A stretch of 63,616 nucleotides of DNA from the IMG/VR virus record IMGVR_UViG_2851982317_000002, one strand, 5' to 3'. This document shows positions 40,701 through 50,816 of this stretch, one piece after another. The position numbers were made by a program, and so were the translations under genes. Under the pieces are notes generated by a model. That model ran no database searches. It was not told the DNA's origin and saw nothing but the letters and a program-made list of their open reading frames with translations. Position 1 is the first letter of the stretch, and the number at the start of each line of letters is the position of its first letter. The stretch comes from a virus (lineage: Duplodnaviria; Heunggongvirae; Uroviricota; Caudoviricetes).

Positions 40701-41117
40701 TACGGAACCAAATCCACGAATAACACCGGGGCGCATACCCATAGTATTAGCGGGACTGCAAATAGTGCCGGTGCGCACCAACACAAGAGTTCCGGTGCAT
40801 TTGGTGGCACGAACACGAGCATTTTCCCTAATGGTTATACCGCGATTTCAAATCCAAGCGCGGGGATTATGAGCACAACAAGCGGTAGTGGCCAGACTCG
40901 TAATGCAGGGAAGACATCATCAGATGGTGCTCATACCCACTCGCTGTCCGGCACTGCTGCAAGCGAAGGCGCACATGCACATACTGTCGGTATTGGTGCT
41001 CATACGCACTCCGTTGCGATTGGCTCACATGGACACACCATCACCGTTAACGCTGCTGGTAACGCGGAAAACACCGTCAAAAACATCGCATTTAACTATA
41101 TTGTGAGGCTTGCATAA
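37716..41117 (+). CDS. stf: side tail fiber protein
   Basis: ATG at 37716 ([26 protein letters not shown]...) matches the lambda Stf N-terminus as I recall it; long Ala/Ser/Thr-rich repeat region (about 38100-39100) and C-terminal GAHxHS/HxH repeats. Confidence 0.85.
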   Translation: MAVKISGVLKDGTGKPVQNCTIQLKAKRNSTTVVVNTLASENPDEAGRYSMDVEYGQYSVILLVEGFPPSHAGTITVYEDSRPGTLNDFLGAMTEDDARPEALRRFELMVEEVARNASAVAQNTAAAKKSASDAGTSAREAATHTTDAAGSARAASTSAGQAASSAQSASSSAGTASTKASEASKSAAAAESSKSAAATSAAAAKTSETNAAASQQSAATSASAATTKASEAATSARDAAASKEAAKSSETNASSSASSAASSATAAGNSAKAAKTSETNARSSETAAGQSASAAAGSKTAAASSASAASTSAGQASASATAAGKSAESAASSASTATTKAGEATEQASAAARSASAAKTSETNAKASETSAESSKTAAASSASSAASSASSASASKDEATRQASAAKGSATTASTKATEAAGSATAAAQSKSTAESAATRAETAAKRAEDIASAVALEDASTTKKGIVQLSSATNSTSETLAATPKAVKSAYDNAEKRLQKDQNGADIPDKGRFLNNINAVSKTDFADKRGMRYVRVNAPAGATSGKYYPVVVMRSAGSVSELASRVIITTATRTAGDPMNNCEFNGFVMPGGWTDRGRYAYGMFWQYQNNERAIHSIMMSNKGDDLRSVFYVDGAAFPVFAFIEDGLSISAPGADLVVNDTTYKFGATNPATECIAADVILDFKSGRGFYESHSLIVNDNLSCKKLFATDEIVARGGNQIRMIGGEYGALWRNDGAKTYLLLTNQGDVYGGWNTLRPFAIDNATGELVIGTKLSASLNGNALTATKLQTPRRVSGVEFDGSKDITLTAAHVAAFARRATDTYADADGGVPWNAESGAYNVTRSGDSYILVNFYTGVGSCRTLQMKAHYRNGGLFYRSSRDGYGFEEDWAEVYTSKNLPPESYPVGAPIPWPSDTVPPGYALMQGQTFDKSAYPKLAAAYPSGVIPDMRGWTIKGKPASGRAVLSQEQDGIKSHTHSASASSTDLGTKNTSSFDYGTKSTNNTGAHTHSISGTANSAGAHQHKSSGAFGGTNTSIFPNGYTAISNPSAGIMSTTSGSGQTRNAGKTSSDGAHTHSLSGTAASEGAHAHTVGIGAHTHSVAIGSHGHTITVNAAGNAENTVKNIAFNYIVRLA

Positions 41118-41701
41118 TGGTATTCAGAATGAGTGAACAACCACGGACCATAACAATTTATAATCTGCTGGCCGGAACTAATGAATTTATTGGTGAAGGT
41201 GATGCATATATTCCGCCTCATACAGGTCTGCCAGCAAACAGTACCGATATTGCACCGCCAGATATTCCGGCAGGCTTCGTGGCTGTTTTCAACAGTGATG
41301 AGGCATCGTGGCATCTCGTTGAAGATCATCGGGGTAAAACGGTTTATGACGTGGCTTCCGGCGACGCGTTATTTATTTCTGAACTCGGTCCGTTACCGGA
41401 AAATGTTACCTGGTTATCGCCGGGAGGGGAATATCAGAAGTGGAACGGCACAGCCTGGGTGAAGGATACGGAAGCAGAAAAACTGTTCCGGATCCGGGAG
41501 GCGGAAGAAACAAAAAACAGCCTGATGCAGGTAGCCAGTGAGCATATAGCGCCGCTTCAGGATGCTGTAGATCTGGAGATCGCAACGGAGGAAGAAAACT
41601 CGTTGCTGGAAGCCTGGAAAAAGTATCGGGTGTTGCTGAACCGTGTTGATACATCAACTGCACCGGATATTGAGTGGCCTGCTGTCCCTGTTATGGAGTA
41701 A
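41117..41701 (+). CDS. tfa: tail fiber assembly protein
   Basis: 194 aa, near-identical by memory to lambda Tfa ([59 protein letters not shown]...). Confidence 0.9.
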   Translation: MVFRMSEQPRTITIYNLLAGTNEFIGEGDAYIPPHTGLPANSTDIAPPDIPAGFVAVFNSDEASWHLVEDHRGKTVYDVASGDALFISELGPLPENVTWLSPGGEYQKWNGTAWVKDTEAEKLFRIREAEETKNSLMQVASEHIAPLQDAVDLEIATEEENSLLEAWKKYRVLLNRVDTSTAPDIEWPAVPVME

Positions 41702-42045
41702 TCGTTTTGTGATATGCCGCAGACACGTCGTATGCAGAAACGTGCTGCGGCTGGCTGGTGAACTTTCAATAGTGCGAGTATTGAATGATTTCCAGCTGTT
41801 ATCGATTTTATGTGTTTTTTGCATGAGGGGATTTCCACCACCTCCCACCGACCATCTAAGACTTTATGCCACTGTCCCTAGGACTGCTATGTACTAGGAG
41901 CGGATGTTAAACTCAGACTCGTTTCAGCTACATTGCGTTTTGAATAATATTCCATCATAATAACTCTTTGAAAAATGTGATCTTTTCATTTATAACACTG
42001 ATGACTTGCTTATCTCATTGGGATATCGGAGGAGAATACTTAACT

Positions 42046-42174
42046 ATGACAAGCCCGATTATTATGACACTGGCTATATTATATAGATTGATATTAAAAT
42101 GTAGGATTAGGTTCTTGCCAAGGTGTCAAGATTTACAGATAGGTTTAAAACCATATAAATATGTTTTACGGTGA
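42046..42174 (+). CDS. hypothetical small hydrophobic protein
   Basis: 42-aa ORF (MTSPIIMTLAILYRLILKCRIRF...) with GGAGGAG upstream, in the AT-rich leader of the NACHT-like gene; could be spurious. Confidence 0.2.
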   Translation: MTSPIIMTLAILYRLILKCRIRFLPRCQDLQIGLKPYKYVLR

Positions 42175-42238
42175 GATACAATACATATTGTAAGGCATAA
42201 ACGCTTGGTAAAATTTTAATTATTGGAAGAAGCTAATC

Positions 42239-45200
42239 ATGGAACCCATATCAATTACAGTGGCAACTTATGTAGCAACTAAACTTATTGATCAATTCAT
42301 CTCTCAAGAAGGATATGGTTGTATTAAGAAAGCATTATTCCCCCAAAAAAGATATGTGGATAGATTATATCAACTAATTGAAGAGACGGCAATTGAGTTT
42401 GAAGAAATATATCCAGTAGAAAGTGGAGCAATACCATTTTATCATTCCGAACCATTGTTTGAGATGTTGAATGAGCACATCTTTTTTAAAGAGTTCCCTG
42501 ACAAAGAGATATTATTAGACAAGTTCAAAGAATATCCAAGTATCACTCCCCCAACTCAACAACAACTCAGCCTTTTTTATGAGATGTTATCATTAAAAAT
42601 CAATAATTGTTCGAAGTTAAAAAAGCTACATATCGAAGAAACGTATAAAGAAAAAATATTCGATATTAATGAAGAGCTCATTCAAGTCAAACTTATTTTA
42701 CGGTCTATAGATGAGAAACTAACTTTTCACTTAAGTGATGATTGGTTAAATGAAAAAAATAGTCAAGCAATAGCTGACTTGGGAGGTCGATACACACCCG
42801 AACTCAACGTAAAGCTAGAAATAGCAGAGATATTTGATGGCCTCGGTAGAACTAATGATTTTTCTAAAATATTTTATTCGCATATAGATAGCTTTCTGGT
42901 CGCTGGAAAGAAATTACATAGTTGCGATGTAATTTCCTCAGAATTATTTGAAATAAACCAGTCCTTAAAAGAAATTTCTGATATATATCAGGAGATTAAT
43001 TTTTCTAAATTAGATGAAATCCCTATAAATAAATTTAATAACTATGTTTCTAGCTGCCAGACAGCTATTGGCGGAGCGGTATCAATATTGTGGGAACTCC
43101 GAGAAAAGTCAGAGCAAGTAGGTGAAACCAAGCATTACAGTGATAAGTATTCATCTACTCTGCGAATGCTTCGGGAATTTGACTATGCGTGCAATGAATT
43201 ACGTATATTCATTAATTCAACAACAGTGAAGTTGGCTAACAACCCATTCTTACTTCTCGAAGGAAAAGCAGGAATTGGTAAGTCTCATTTACTGGCTGAT
43301 GTGATTAAAAATCGAATTGCTTCTGGGTATCCTTCACTACTCATACTAGGGCAACAACTTACTTCAGATGAATCTCCATGGTCACAAATCTTCAAGAGAT
43401 TACAGCTTAAAATCACTTCTCGTGAATTCCTAGAAAAACTGAATTTATATGGCAAAAAAACAGGAAAAAGAGTCTTAGTTTTTATTGATGCTATTAATGA
43501 AGGTAATGGAAATAAATTCTGGAATGACAATATTAACAGTTTTGTCGATGAAATCAGATGCTTTGAATGGCTTGGTCTGATAATGTCAGTCAGAACAACA
43601 TATAGAAATGTAACAATTTCACATGAGAATGTTGTGCGAAATAATTTTGAAATTCATGAACATATTGGATTCCAGAACGTTGAGTTGGAAGCGGTTAGTC
43701 TATTTTATGATTATTACAATATTGAGAGGCCTTCATCTCCTAACCTTAATCCAGAGTTTAAAAATCCTCTATTTCTTAAGTTATTGTGTGAAGGCATTAA
43801 GAAAAATGGTTTAACCAAAGTGCCTGTTGGATTTAATGGGATTTCAAATATTTTTAACTTTTTAGTTGAAGGGGTAAATAAATCATTAGCATCGCCAAAA
43901 AAATATGCATTCGATCCCAGTTTTCCTCTTGTTAAAGATGCTCTCAATGAAATCATAAAATTCAAATTAGAGATTGGTCGTAATAGTATTTCACTTAAAG
44001 ATGCTCACTCAGTGGTTCAATCTGTAGTTAATGATTATGTTGCTGATAAAACCTTCCTCAGCGCCTTGATTGACGAAGGATTATTGACTAAAGGCATAGT
44101 GAGAAATGATGATAATTCTACTGAGGAAGTAGTTTATGTGGCTTTTGAAAGGTTTGATGATCATTTAACTGTTAATTTTTTATTAAATGATGTTGAAAAT
44201 ATCGAAAGTGAATTTAAGCCTGATGGTCGTCTGAAAAAATATTTTCATGATGAATGTGATTTTTATATAAAATCGGGAATAGTAGAGGCGTTGTCTATTC
44301 AATTGCCAGAAAGGTATGAAAAAGAGCTTTATGAATTTCTGCCGGAGTTCAGCAATAATCTTAAATTACTAGAAGCCTTTATTGATAGCTTGATATGGCG
44401 CGATATTAAGGCTATTGATTTCGAAAAAATTAGACCTTTCATCAATGAACATGTTTTTAAATTTAAAGATAGTTTTGATCATTTCCTCGAGGCAGTGATC
44501 TCTATTTCAGGTTTAGTTGGCCATCCCTTTAATGCTAATTTCTTGCATGATTGGCTAAAAGATTATTCTTTGGCAAATCGAGATTCGTTTTGGACTACAG
44601 AACTTAAATATAAATATAGTGAAGACTCAGCATTTAGGCATCTAATCGATTGGGCATGGGCCAGAACAGATAAAAGCTTTGTTTCGGATGAGTCAATCGA
44701 GCTAGTTGCAACTAGTTTATGCTGGTTTTTAACTTCTAGTAACCGAGAACTTCGAGATTGCTCAACTAAGGCTTTAGTGAGTTTACTCGAGCCAAGAATT
44801 CCTGTATTGAGAAAAATAATTGATAAGTTTTATGGTGTAAATGATCCTTACGTTTGGGAAAGAATATTTGCAGTTGCATTAGGCTGTACATTGCGAACTG
44901 ATAATATTAAAGAACTAAAATATTTAGCCGAAACTGTTTACCAAAAGGTATTTTGTTCTAAGTATGTGTATCCAAATATATTACTTAGAGATTATGCTAG
45001 AGAGATTATTGAATTTGCTAATCATCTTGGATTGGAACTTGAAAGCATTGAATTATCCAAGACTAGACCACCCTACAACAGCATTTGGCCTGACAAGATT
45101 CCTTCAAAAGAGGAACTAGAGTCCCTTTATGATAAAGAACCTTATCGGGAACTCTGGAGCTCTATTATGGAAGATGGTGACTTTTCACGATATACTATTG

Positions 45201-46693
45201 GAACAAATTATAATCATTCTGATTGGTCTGGTTGCAAGTTTAATGAAACCCCTGTTGACCGTAAGCAAGTTTTTAAAACTTTCAAATGTAAACTAACTGA
45301 TCAACAAAAAGACTTGTATGATGCCACAGATCCTTTCATTTATGATGATAAATGCGAAGGAATTAAATTTGGTCGTGTGGTCGGTAGAAAAGCACAGGAA
45401 GAAATAAAGGCGAGCAAGAAATTATTTAAGAATTCATTGTCATACGATCTGTTAAGTGAGTTTGAAAATGAAATAGAGCCATACCTGGATCATAATAATA
45501 ATCTGCTGGAAACTGATAAACACTTTGATCTTCGACTAGCTCAACAATTTATATTCAATCGTGTTATAGAGCTTGGTTGGGATCCGGAGAAGCATGGTAA
45601 TTTTGACCAACAAATAGGAACTGGACGTGGACGTAGAGAGGCATTCCAAGAACGGATTGGTAAAAAATACCAATGGATTGCTTATTATGAATACATGGCA
45701 AGGCTAGCCGATAATTTTACTCGTTTTGAAGGTTATGGTGACGAACGAAAGGAAAATCCATACCAAGGGCCATGGGAGCCTTACGTAAGAGATATAGATC
45801 CCACTATCTTACTTAAAGAAACTGGAACGAAAAAAATAAGCAATAAAGAAATGTGGTGGCTTAATGATGAAGTGTTTGATTGGACTTGCTCTAATGAAGA
45901 CTGGGTTAAAAGTTCTACTACTATAACTAATTCATATGCTTTTATTGAAGTTAAAGATGATAATGGTGATGAATGGATAGTATTAGAAAGTCATCCATCA
46001 TGGAAAGAACCAAAAATTATTGGAAACGATGATTGGGGGCACCCACGAAAAGAGGTTTGGTATCAGATCAGAAGTTATATCGTTAAAGTTGAAGAATTTG
46101 AAAATTTTAGATGTTGGGCAATAGCTCAAGACTTTATGGGCAGGTGGATGCCGGAATGTACTGATAGATACCAATTATTTAATAGGGAGTACTATTGGTC
46201 CGAAGCATTTAAGTCTTTTAAATCAGATTATTATGGTGGATCTGACTGGACTTCGGTAACAGACCGGGAGTCTGGAGCTAAGATAGCTGATGTTAGTGTC
46301 ACTTCGATTAATTATTTGTGGGAAGAGGAGTTCGACAAATCAAAAATAGAAACTTTGAATTTTTTGAAGCCTAGTAACTTAATCTTTGAAAAGATGGGAT
46401 TAAAAAGTGGGGAAGTAGAGGGTAGCTTCAATGATGAAAATGGAACTATGGTTTGCTTTGCAGCTGAAGCTGTATATGCTTCAAAGCCGCATCTACTTGT
46501 TAAAAAAGAACCATTTTTAACAATGTTAAGGGACAATGGTTTTGAAATCGTTTGGACATTATTAGGTGAAAAGGGCGTTATAGGGGGCTCACTCATATCA
46601 AGTCATCATTATGGTCGACAGGAGTTTAGTGGAGCATTTTATTATGAAGACAGTCAGCTAACAGGAAGTCATAAAACTAGCTTTACGAGATAA
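42239..46693 (+). CDS. NACHT-like STAND NTPase, 1484 aa (candidate single-gene anti-phage defence protein)
   Basis: Single uninterrupted ORF; NACHT-type Walker A GKAGIGKS (aa 342-349; nt 43262-43285) and Walker B-like VLVFIDAINEG (aa 412-422); about 340 aa N-terminal and 850 aa C-terminal regions without recognisable motifs; AT-rich, located between tfa and attR. Confidence 0.75.
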   Translation: MEPISITVATYVATKLIDQFISQEGYGCIKKALFPQKRYVDRLYQLIEETAIEFEEIYPVESGAIPFYHSEPLFEMLNEHIFFKEFPDKEILLDKFKEYPSITPPTQQQLSLFYEMLSLKINNCSKLKKLHIEETYKEKIFDINEELIQVKLILRSIDEKLTFHLSDDWLNEKNSQAIADLGGRYTPELNVKLEIAEIFDGLGRTNDFSKIFYSHIDSFLVAGKKLHSCDVISSELFEINQSLKEISDIYQEINFSKLDEIPINKFNNYVSSCQTAIGGAVSILWELREKSEQVGETKHYSDKYSSTLRMLREFDYACNELRIFINSTTVKLANNPFLLLEGKAGIGKSHLLADVIKNRIASGYPSLLILGQQLTSDESPWSQIFKRLQLKITSREFLEKLNLYGKKTGKRVLVFIDAINEGNGNKFWNDNINSFVDEIRCFEWLGLIMSVRTTYRNVTISHENVVRNNFEIHEHIGFQNVELEAVSLFYDYYNIERPSSPNLNPEFKNPLFLKLLCEGIKKNGLTKVPVGFNGISNIFNFLVEGVNKSLASPKKYAFDPSFPLVKDALNEIIKFKLEIGRNSISLKDAHSVVQSVVNDYVADKTFLSALIDEGLLTKGIVRNDDNSTEEVVYVAFERFDDHLTVNFLLNDVENIESEFKPDGRLKKYFHDECDFYIKSGIVEALSIQLPERYEKELYEFLPEFSNNLKLLEAFIDSLIWRDIKAIDFEKIRPFINEHVFKFKDSFDHFLEAVISISGLVGHPFNANFLHDWLKDYSLANRDSFWTTELKYKYSEDSAFRHLIDWAWARTDKSFVSDESIELVATSLCWFLTSSNRELRDCSTKALVSLLEPRIPVLRKIIDKFYGVNDPYVWERIFAVALGCTLRTDNIKELKYLAETVYQKVFCSKYVYPNILLRDYAREIIEFANHLGLELESIELSKTRPPYNSIWPDKIPSKEELESLYDKEPYRELWSSIMEDGDFSRYTIGTNYNHSDWSGCKFNETPVDRKQVFKTFKCKLTDQQKDLYDATDPFIYDDKCEGIKFGRVVGRKAQEEIKASKKLFKNSLSYDLLSEFENEIEPYLDHNNNLLETDKHFDLRLAQQFIFNRVIELGWDPEKHGNFDQQIGTGRGRREAFQERIGKKYQWIAYYEYMARLADNFTRFEGYGDERKENPYQGPWEPYVRDIDPTILLKETGTKKISNKEMWWLNDEVFDWTCSNEDWVKSSTTITNSYAFIEVKDDNGDEWIVLESHPSWKEPKIIGNDDWGHPRKEVWYQIRSYIVKVEEFENFRCWAIAQDFMGRWMPECTDRYQLFNREYYWSEAFKSFKSDYYGGSDWTSVTDRESGAKIADVSVTSINYLWEEEFDKSKIETLNFLKPSNLIFEKMGLKSGEVEGSFNDENGTMVCFAAEAVYASKPHLLVKKEPFLTMLRDNGFEIVWTLLGEKGVIGGSLISSHHYGRQEFSGAFYYEDSQLTGSHKTSFTR

Positions 46694-47075
46694 AAATGAA
46701 TCTCAGAGCTGAATATATAAGTAGTATTAGAAACCGGGTTATACTTAAGAAATCAATCTTAAGTGTGGCAGTCGAATGGTAGCTAATATGCTAGCGGCGC
46801 TAATGCCTGTTTGTTGCTCATAACAGGCATTCACTTTAGTTATGGCAGAAAAGTATACATGCTGGGTTGGGAAAGTGTGAAAGAAAGGAAGATTGCTGCG
46901 CCGTTTGTCGTCACGTTTATCTTCATTGGCTATGCAAGTCGTAATAAAAGGTGGGACAAAACTGAGACACATAAAGCCTCGCAATGGCTTGCAAGGCTTT
47001 ACATGTTTTGATGTGGTGGGACGTGTGAGCGCAGTGTTGATGGGGTAATGCTTTGAATTAGAAGCGGATTCTTAT

Positions 47076-47121
47076 AATTCGTAATGCGAAGGTCGTAGGT
47101 TCGACTCCTATTATCGGCACC
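47076..47121 (+). repeat. attR core: 46-bp direct repeat of the thrW 3' end (tRNA fragment, not an intact tRNA)
   Basis: Identical to 1399-1444; lacks the tRNA 5' half. Confidence 0.75.
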
Positions 47122-47731
47122 ATTAAGAAAATCAATAACTTAGCTTAGCTTCTCTAAGAAATTGTATCTTCTGTTATCACTTACAAACGCCTATACGTTG
47201 TTATGGGCTTTGGTAGTGTAACACGTATGGGCGAGTAGTTCCCAGGCTCAACCTCGTAACAAGTTCCTTTGAAGCTGGAAGACGTGCCACCGTCTCTAAA
47301 CCTTCTACCAAAACTCTTAGCAAGATGTTCCACACCTGGCGCGGTGTCCAATGATGCTACACGTCGAGATGACGTTGCAGAGGATAAACAGGCTAAATGA
47401 TGGGAAGAGTAGTTTTAAGTGCATAGTGGATTAAAGCCCACCTCTTCAAAACCTAACTTGATCGGGAAAGAATCAAGCTCTAGCACGGTTTCGTCCACCG
47501 GAGTACAACGGGTGCCTGATAAGAGAAGAACTGCTAAGACTTCATAGCTTTTGTGAAAAAGCCCTTTTTAGTGGATACGCCTACGGCGCTTATTTTTTGG
47601 GGTAGCCCATCAAAGGCGCTTTATGGCTCCTATTGTCTTGAAAATGTATCTTTACTTGTATTGTGTTTTATGCGTAGTCTCCCTGTGTAGTATGTAACTT
47701 GTTAATTTTCATATGAATACAGAGGCACACG

Positions 47732-47896
47732 ATGAAAAACATTGCAGCTATCAAACGTAATAACCGCAAGATTCACGCTCGTAAGTTCCTGTCTACGCCA
47801 GAAGGAAAAGCCTGGCTAGAGCGTAAACAGAGAGAGAACGAAGAAAGAAAACTCCTTAGTGAGTTGAAAGTAAGCGACTCGTCAGAACCGTATTGA
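47732..47896 (+). CDS. small hypothetical protein, 3' end altered by IS66 insertion
   Basis: ATG at 47732 with AGAGG RBS; reading frame runs into the IS left end at 47870 (last residues now VSDSSEPY); joining the two target-duplication copies would restore ...SELKWLKD-stop. Confidence 0.4.
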   Translation: MKNIAAIKRNNRKIHARKFLSTPEGKAWLERKQRENEERKLLSELKVSDSSEPY

Positions 47897-47899
47897 TAT

Positions 47900-49471
47900 T
47901 TACTGAGAGCTCAGATCAACTTTCCAGGGCAACAGATCGCGTACCCGGTTTGCCGGCCAGTCCTGGATATGTTCAATGACGTAACGCAGCCACTTTTCTG
48001 GCTCCACATTGTTCAGACGGCATGTGCCGATCAGCGAGTACAACACCGCCGCATGTTCACCACCGCTGTCGGAACCCGCGAACATCCAGTTTTTCCGGCC
48101 TACGGCCACTCCCCGTAAGGCGTTCTCTGCGATGTTGTTGTCGATTTCCACCCAGCCATTACTGCAGTACACGTTCAGTGCATCCCACTGTTTCAGCAGG
48201 TATGCGAACGCTTTTGCCGTATCTGAGTGACGCGACAGTGTTTTCATCTGTTGCTGTATCCAGTCATACAGTGACTGCATCAGTGGCGCGGCTCTGGCTT
48301 TTCTTGCCGCCAGACGCTGTTCTGCTGAACAGCCCCGGACCTCTGCCTCGATGGCATACAGTTCACCGATACGCTGCAGGGCTTCCGTGGTGATGTAGGT
48401 GGGCGCTCTTGCATGCACATCGTGGATTTTTCTCCGGGCATGAGCCATACACGCGGCTTCCGTTATTCTGCCGGATTCGTATAACGCCCGGTAACCACCG
48501 TAAGCATCGGCCTGAAGCACACCGCTGTAACCGGCCAGGTGATTTTGTGGATGGATACCTTTCCGGTCCGGACTGTACGCGAACCAGACCGCCGGGGGCA
48601 TCTGTGAACCGGCGTTACGGTCATCACGGACGTAGACCCACAGCCGGGCTGTCCGGGTTTTACCGCTGCCCGGCTCCTGGACCGGGACGGGGATATCATC
48701 AGCATGGACTTTACCGGGCATCAGCACATACTGGCGCAGGACGTCATACAGCGGCTCCAGCAGTTCAGCAACAGCACCTGTCCAGCGCCCCAGTGTGGCA
48801 CGGCTCAGCTCCACTCCCTGACGACGGTATATTTCTGACTGGCGGTATAACGGCAGATGGTCTGCATATTTCCCGGTGACAACATGGGCCAGAAGCCCCG
48901 CTCCGGCATAACTGCGTGCAATGGGTTTTGAAGGTACTGGTGCCTGCACGATATGGTCGCACCGGCAACAGGCCTGTTTCGGACGTTGTGTTTCAATAAC
49001 CTTAAAGGCGCTGCTGATAAGCTCCAGTTGCTCTGACACATCACATCCCAGAGAACTGAGTTCACCACCACAGGCAGGACAGCATTCCTCTTCCGGCCGG
49101 ATAACCCGGGTTTCACGGGGAAGTGAGGCCGGTAACGGTTTACGGGCTGAAGACTGGCGCAGGGCGGATGGCAGTACCGGGTCATATTGCTCACCCAGCG
49201 TTTCCGCCATTTCTTCCTGAAGTGCGCTGATTCGCTCCTGTGCTTCCTGTATCTGCCGTTCGGTTTTTGCACGAAGTTTTTCTGAGCTTTTACCGAACTG
49301 CATACGTTGCAGTTTCGCAACCAGCGCCTTCAGCCGGTTGATTTCGGAAGCATAAGCCGCCACCCGCTGTGAGAGCAGGCGGTTGTATTCAGCCATCTGG
49401 CGGATGGTGTCCTGTTGCGTCTGCAACAGTGCCCGCAGGCGGGCGTTCTCATGAGCAAGTGAGGTGTCCAT
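47900..49471 (-). CDS. tnpC: IS66-family transposase (TnpC/Orf3)
   Basis: 523 aa; N-terminal leucine-zipper-like region, CxxC...C motifs (CCPACGG) and conserved IS66 transposase core. Confidence 0.85.
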   Translation of the reverse strand: MDTSLAHENARLRALLQTQQDTIRQMAEYNRLLSQRVAAYASEINRLKALVAKLQRMQFGKSSEKLRAKTERQIQEAQERISALQEEMAETLGEQYDPVLPSALRQSSARKPLPASLPRETRVIRPEEECCPACGGELSSLGCDVSEQLELISSAFKVIETQRPKQACCRCDHIVQAPVPSKPIARSYAGAGLLAHVVTGKYADHLPLYRQSEIYRRQGVELSRATLGRWTGAVAELLEPLYDVLRQYVLMPGKVHADDIPVPVQEPGSGKTRTARLWVYVRDDRNAGSQMPPAVWFAYSPDRKGIHPQNHLAGYSGVLQADAYGGYRALYESGRITEAACMAHARRKIHDVHARAPTYITTEALQRIGELYAIEAEVRGCSAEQRLAARKARAAPLMQSLYDWIQQQMKTLSRHSDTAKAFAYLLKQWDALNVYCSNGWVEIDNNIAENALRGVAVGRKNWMFAGSDSGGEHAAVLYSLIGTCRLNNVEPEKWLRYVIEHIQDWPANRVRDLLPWKVDLSSQ

Positions 49472-49490
49472 ATCCTCACTTTACAACGGG

Positions 49491-49838
49491 TTATATGCGG
49501 ATTCCAGCGCGTTCCGTTCGTTTCGGGTGCTTCCAGTTGATACCTTCAAGAAGCATGGATAACTGAGCCGGAGTAAGGTGCACCTTGCCGTCACGGGTGA
49601 CTGGCCAGACGAAGCGGCCCCGCTCCAGGCGTTTGGTGAAGAGGCACAGTCCGTCACTGTCAGCCCACAACACTTTTATCTGGTCACCCCGGCGTCCGCG
49701 GAAGATGAACAGGTGTCCGGAGAACGGGTCATCCTTCAGGACGTTCTGAACTTTTGATGCCAGGCCGTTAAAGCCATTTCGCATATCGGTGATACCTGCA
49801 ACCAGCCAGATACGCGAACCTGCAGGGAGAGATATCAT
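49491..49838 (-). CDS. tnpB: IS66 Orf2 (TnpB)
   Basis: 115 aa, MISLPAGSRIWLVAGITDMRNGFNGLA... characteristic of IS66 Orf2. Confidence 0.8.
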   Translation of the reverse strand: MISLPAGSRIWLVAGITDMRNGFNGLASKVQNVLKDDPFSGHLFIFRGRRGDQIKVLWADSDGLCLFTKRLERGRFVWPVTRDGKVHLTPAQLSMLLEGINWKHPKRTERAGIRI

Positions 49839-50515
49839 CAGTGGCTGCTCCCTTTTATTTCGCGGATAAGTGTCTGTAATAACGCCGGCGTCAGTTTACC
49901 TTTAAGCCTGAGAGTTCCGGCCGGCAGAACCAGCTCACAACACAGACTGTCGGACGGTGTATTTATCTGCTCTGGTTCCTGTGCGGGGGCCGGGATTTTA
50001 TTATCCGGCTCCGGCGTTAACGTCACGGGAAGCAGTGCCGGCATATTTTTTCCGGAAGGCAGCAGGCCACCTTTCCGGTATTGATGGCGCCAGTTGAAGA
50101 GCAGGTTATCGTTGATTCCGTTTTCCCGGGCGATCTGCGCCACACAGGCTCCGGGCTGCAGTGACTGCTCCACTAAGGCGATTTTAAACTCATAAGGGAA
50201 GTTGGGCCGCCGGGGACGTTTTTTTACCACGGGGGCTTCGGATATAACGGTGCTTTCAGGACGTACGACTGGTACCGTGGAAAATTGTCCGTAAAGGCAG
50301 GCATCAAGTTCCTGCTCCGACATGCCTGCGGGCAAAGGCCACGAAAGGCCAGCTCTCCGAAAGCGCACGAACATACTACAAACTGTTGATTTTGGTACAC
50401 CCAGGCGACGCCCGGCCACAACCCGGGGTAAATGTTCTTCAAAGTGAAGACGTAAAGCTTCAGTGATCCAGGTCCGGTGTTTCATACGATAGTGTCCATT
50501 AAAAATGATGGACAT
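49838..50515 (-). CDS. tnpA: IS66 Orf1 (TnpA, HTH)
   Basis: 225-aa ORF overlapping the tnpB start; HTH-like region (FKIALVEQSLQPGACVAQIARENGINDNLLFNW); true start may be the internal ATG near 50485. Confidence 0.65.
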   Translation of the reverse strand: MSIIFNGHYRMKHRTWITEALRLHFEEHLPRVVAGRRLGVPKSTVCSMFVRFRRAGLSWPLPAGMSEQELDACLYGQFSTVPVVRPESTVISEAPVVKKRPRRPNFPYEFKIALVEQSLQPGACVAQIARENGINDNLLFNWRHQYRKGGLLPSGKNMPALLPVTLTPEPDNKIPAPAQEPEQINTPSDSLCCELVLPAGTLRLKGKLTPALLQTLIREIKGSSH

Positions 50516-50657
50516 TATTTTTGTAGAGCCGGAGGAAACAGACCAGACGGTTTAAATGAGCCGGTTACAGTTGAAATGGCTTAAGGATTGAATCACCAGT
50601 AGGCGCATAACACATCCAGCGATCAAAGATGTGTTTATGCGCCTGATAGTGAAATTA

Positions 50658-50816
50658 TTAAAGTCGTTTAGTTAACATCGCCATTGCTTGAGCAATAATT
50701 GCAACAGCGTCCATCTCTTCACTGGAAGCGATGCAAATGCGGTAACTAATAGCCACAATGAATACATCAATAACGAGAAAGTGAATAGTGTGAAGATGTT
50801 TTGAAAGTAAATGCAT
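50658..50816 (-). CDS. hypothetical small protein (52 aa)
   Basis: ATG 5 nt after GGAGG (minus strand); translation MHLLSKHLHTIHFLVIDVFIVAISYRICIASSEEMDAVAIIAQAMAMLTKRL done by hand; followed downstream by an imperfect 15-16-bp hairpin (50610-50651); not in the supplied ORF track (below 60 aa). Confidence 0.3.
   Translation of the reverse strand: MHLLSKHLHTIHFLVIDVFIVAISYRICIASSEEMDAVAIIAQAMAMLTKRL

Larger units (their letters stand above)
1399..47121. mobile_element. lambdoid prophage integrated into the 3' end of thrW (about 45.7 kb)
   Basis: Bounded by the 46-bp att direct repeats; contains integrase, immunity, replication, Q, lysis, cos, packaging, head and lambda-like tail modules in canonical order. 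Confidence 0.85.
47870..50568 (-). mobile_element. IS66-family insertion sequence (tnpA-tnpB-tnpC) with 8-bp target site duplication
   Basis: Imperfect terminal inverted repeats starting GTAAGCG/GTAACCG (about 18 of 26 matching); flanked by direct repeats AGTTGAAA at 47862-47869 and 50569-50576; three ORFs in IS66 order. Confidence 0.8.

Noticed and set aside
47060-47121. Possible second tRNA gene
   Set aside because: Only the 3' 46 nt of thrW are present (no acceptor 5' strand or D-arm); interpreted as the attR repeat, not a functional tRNA
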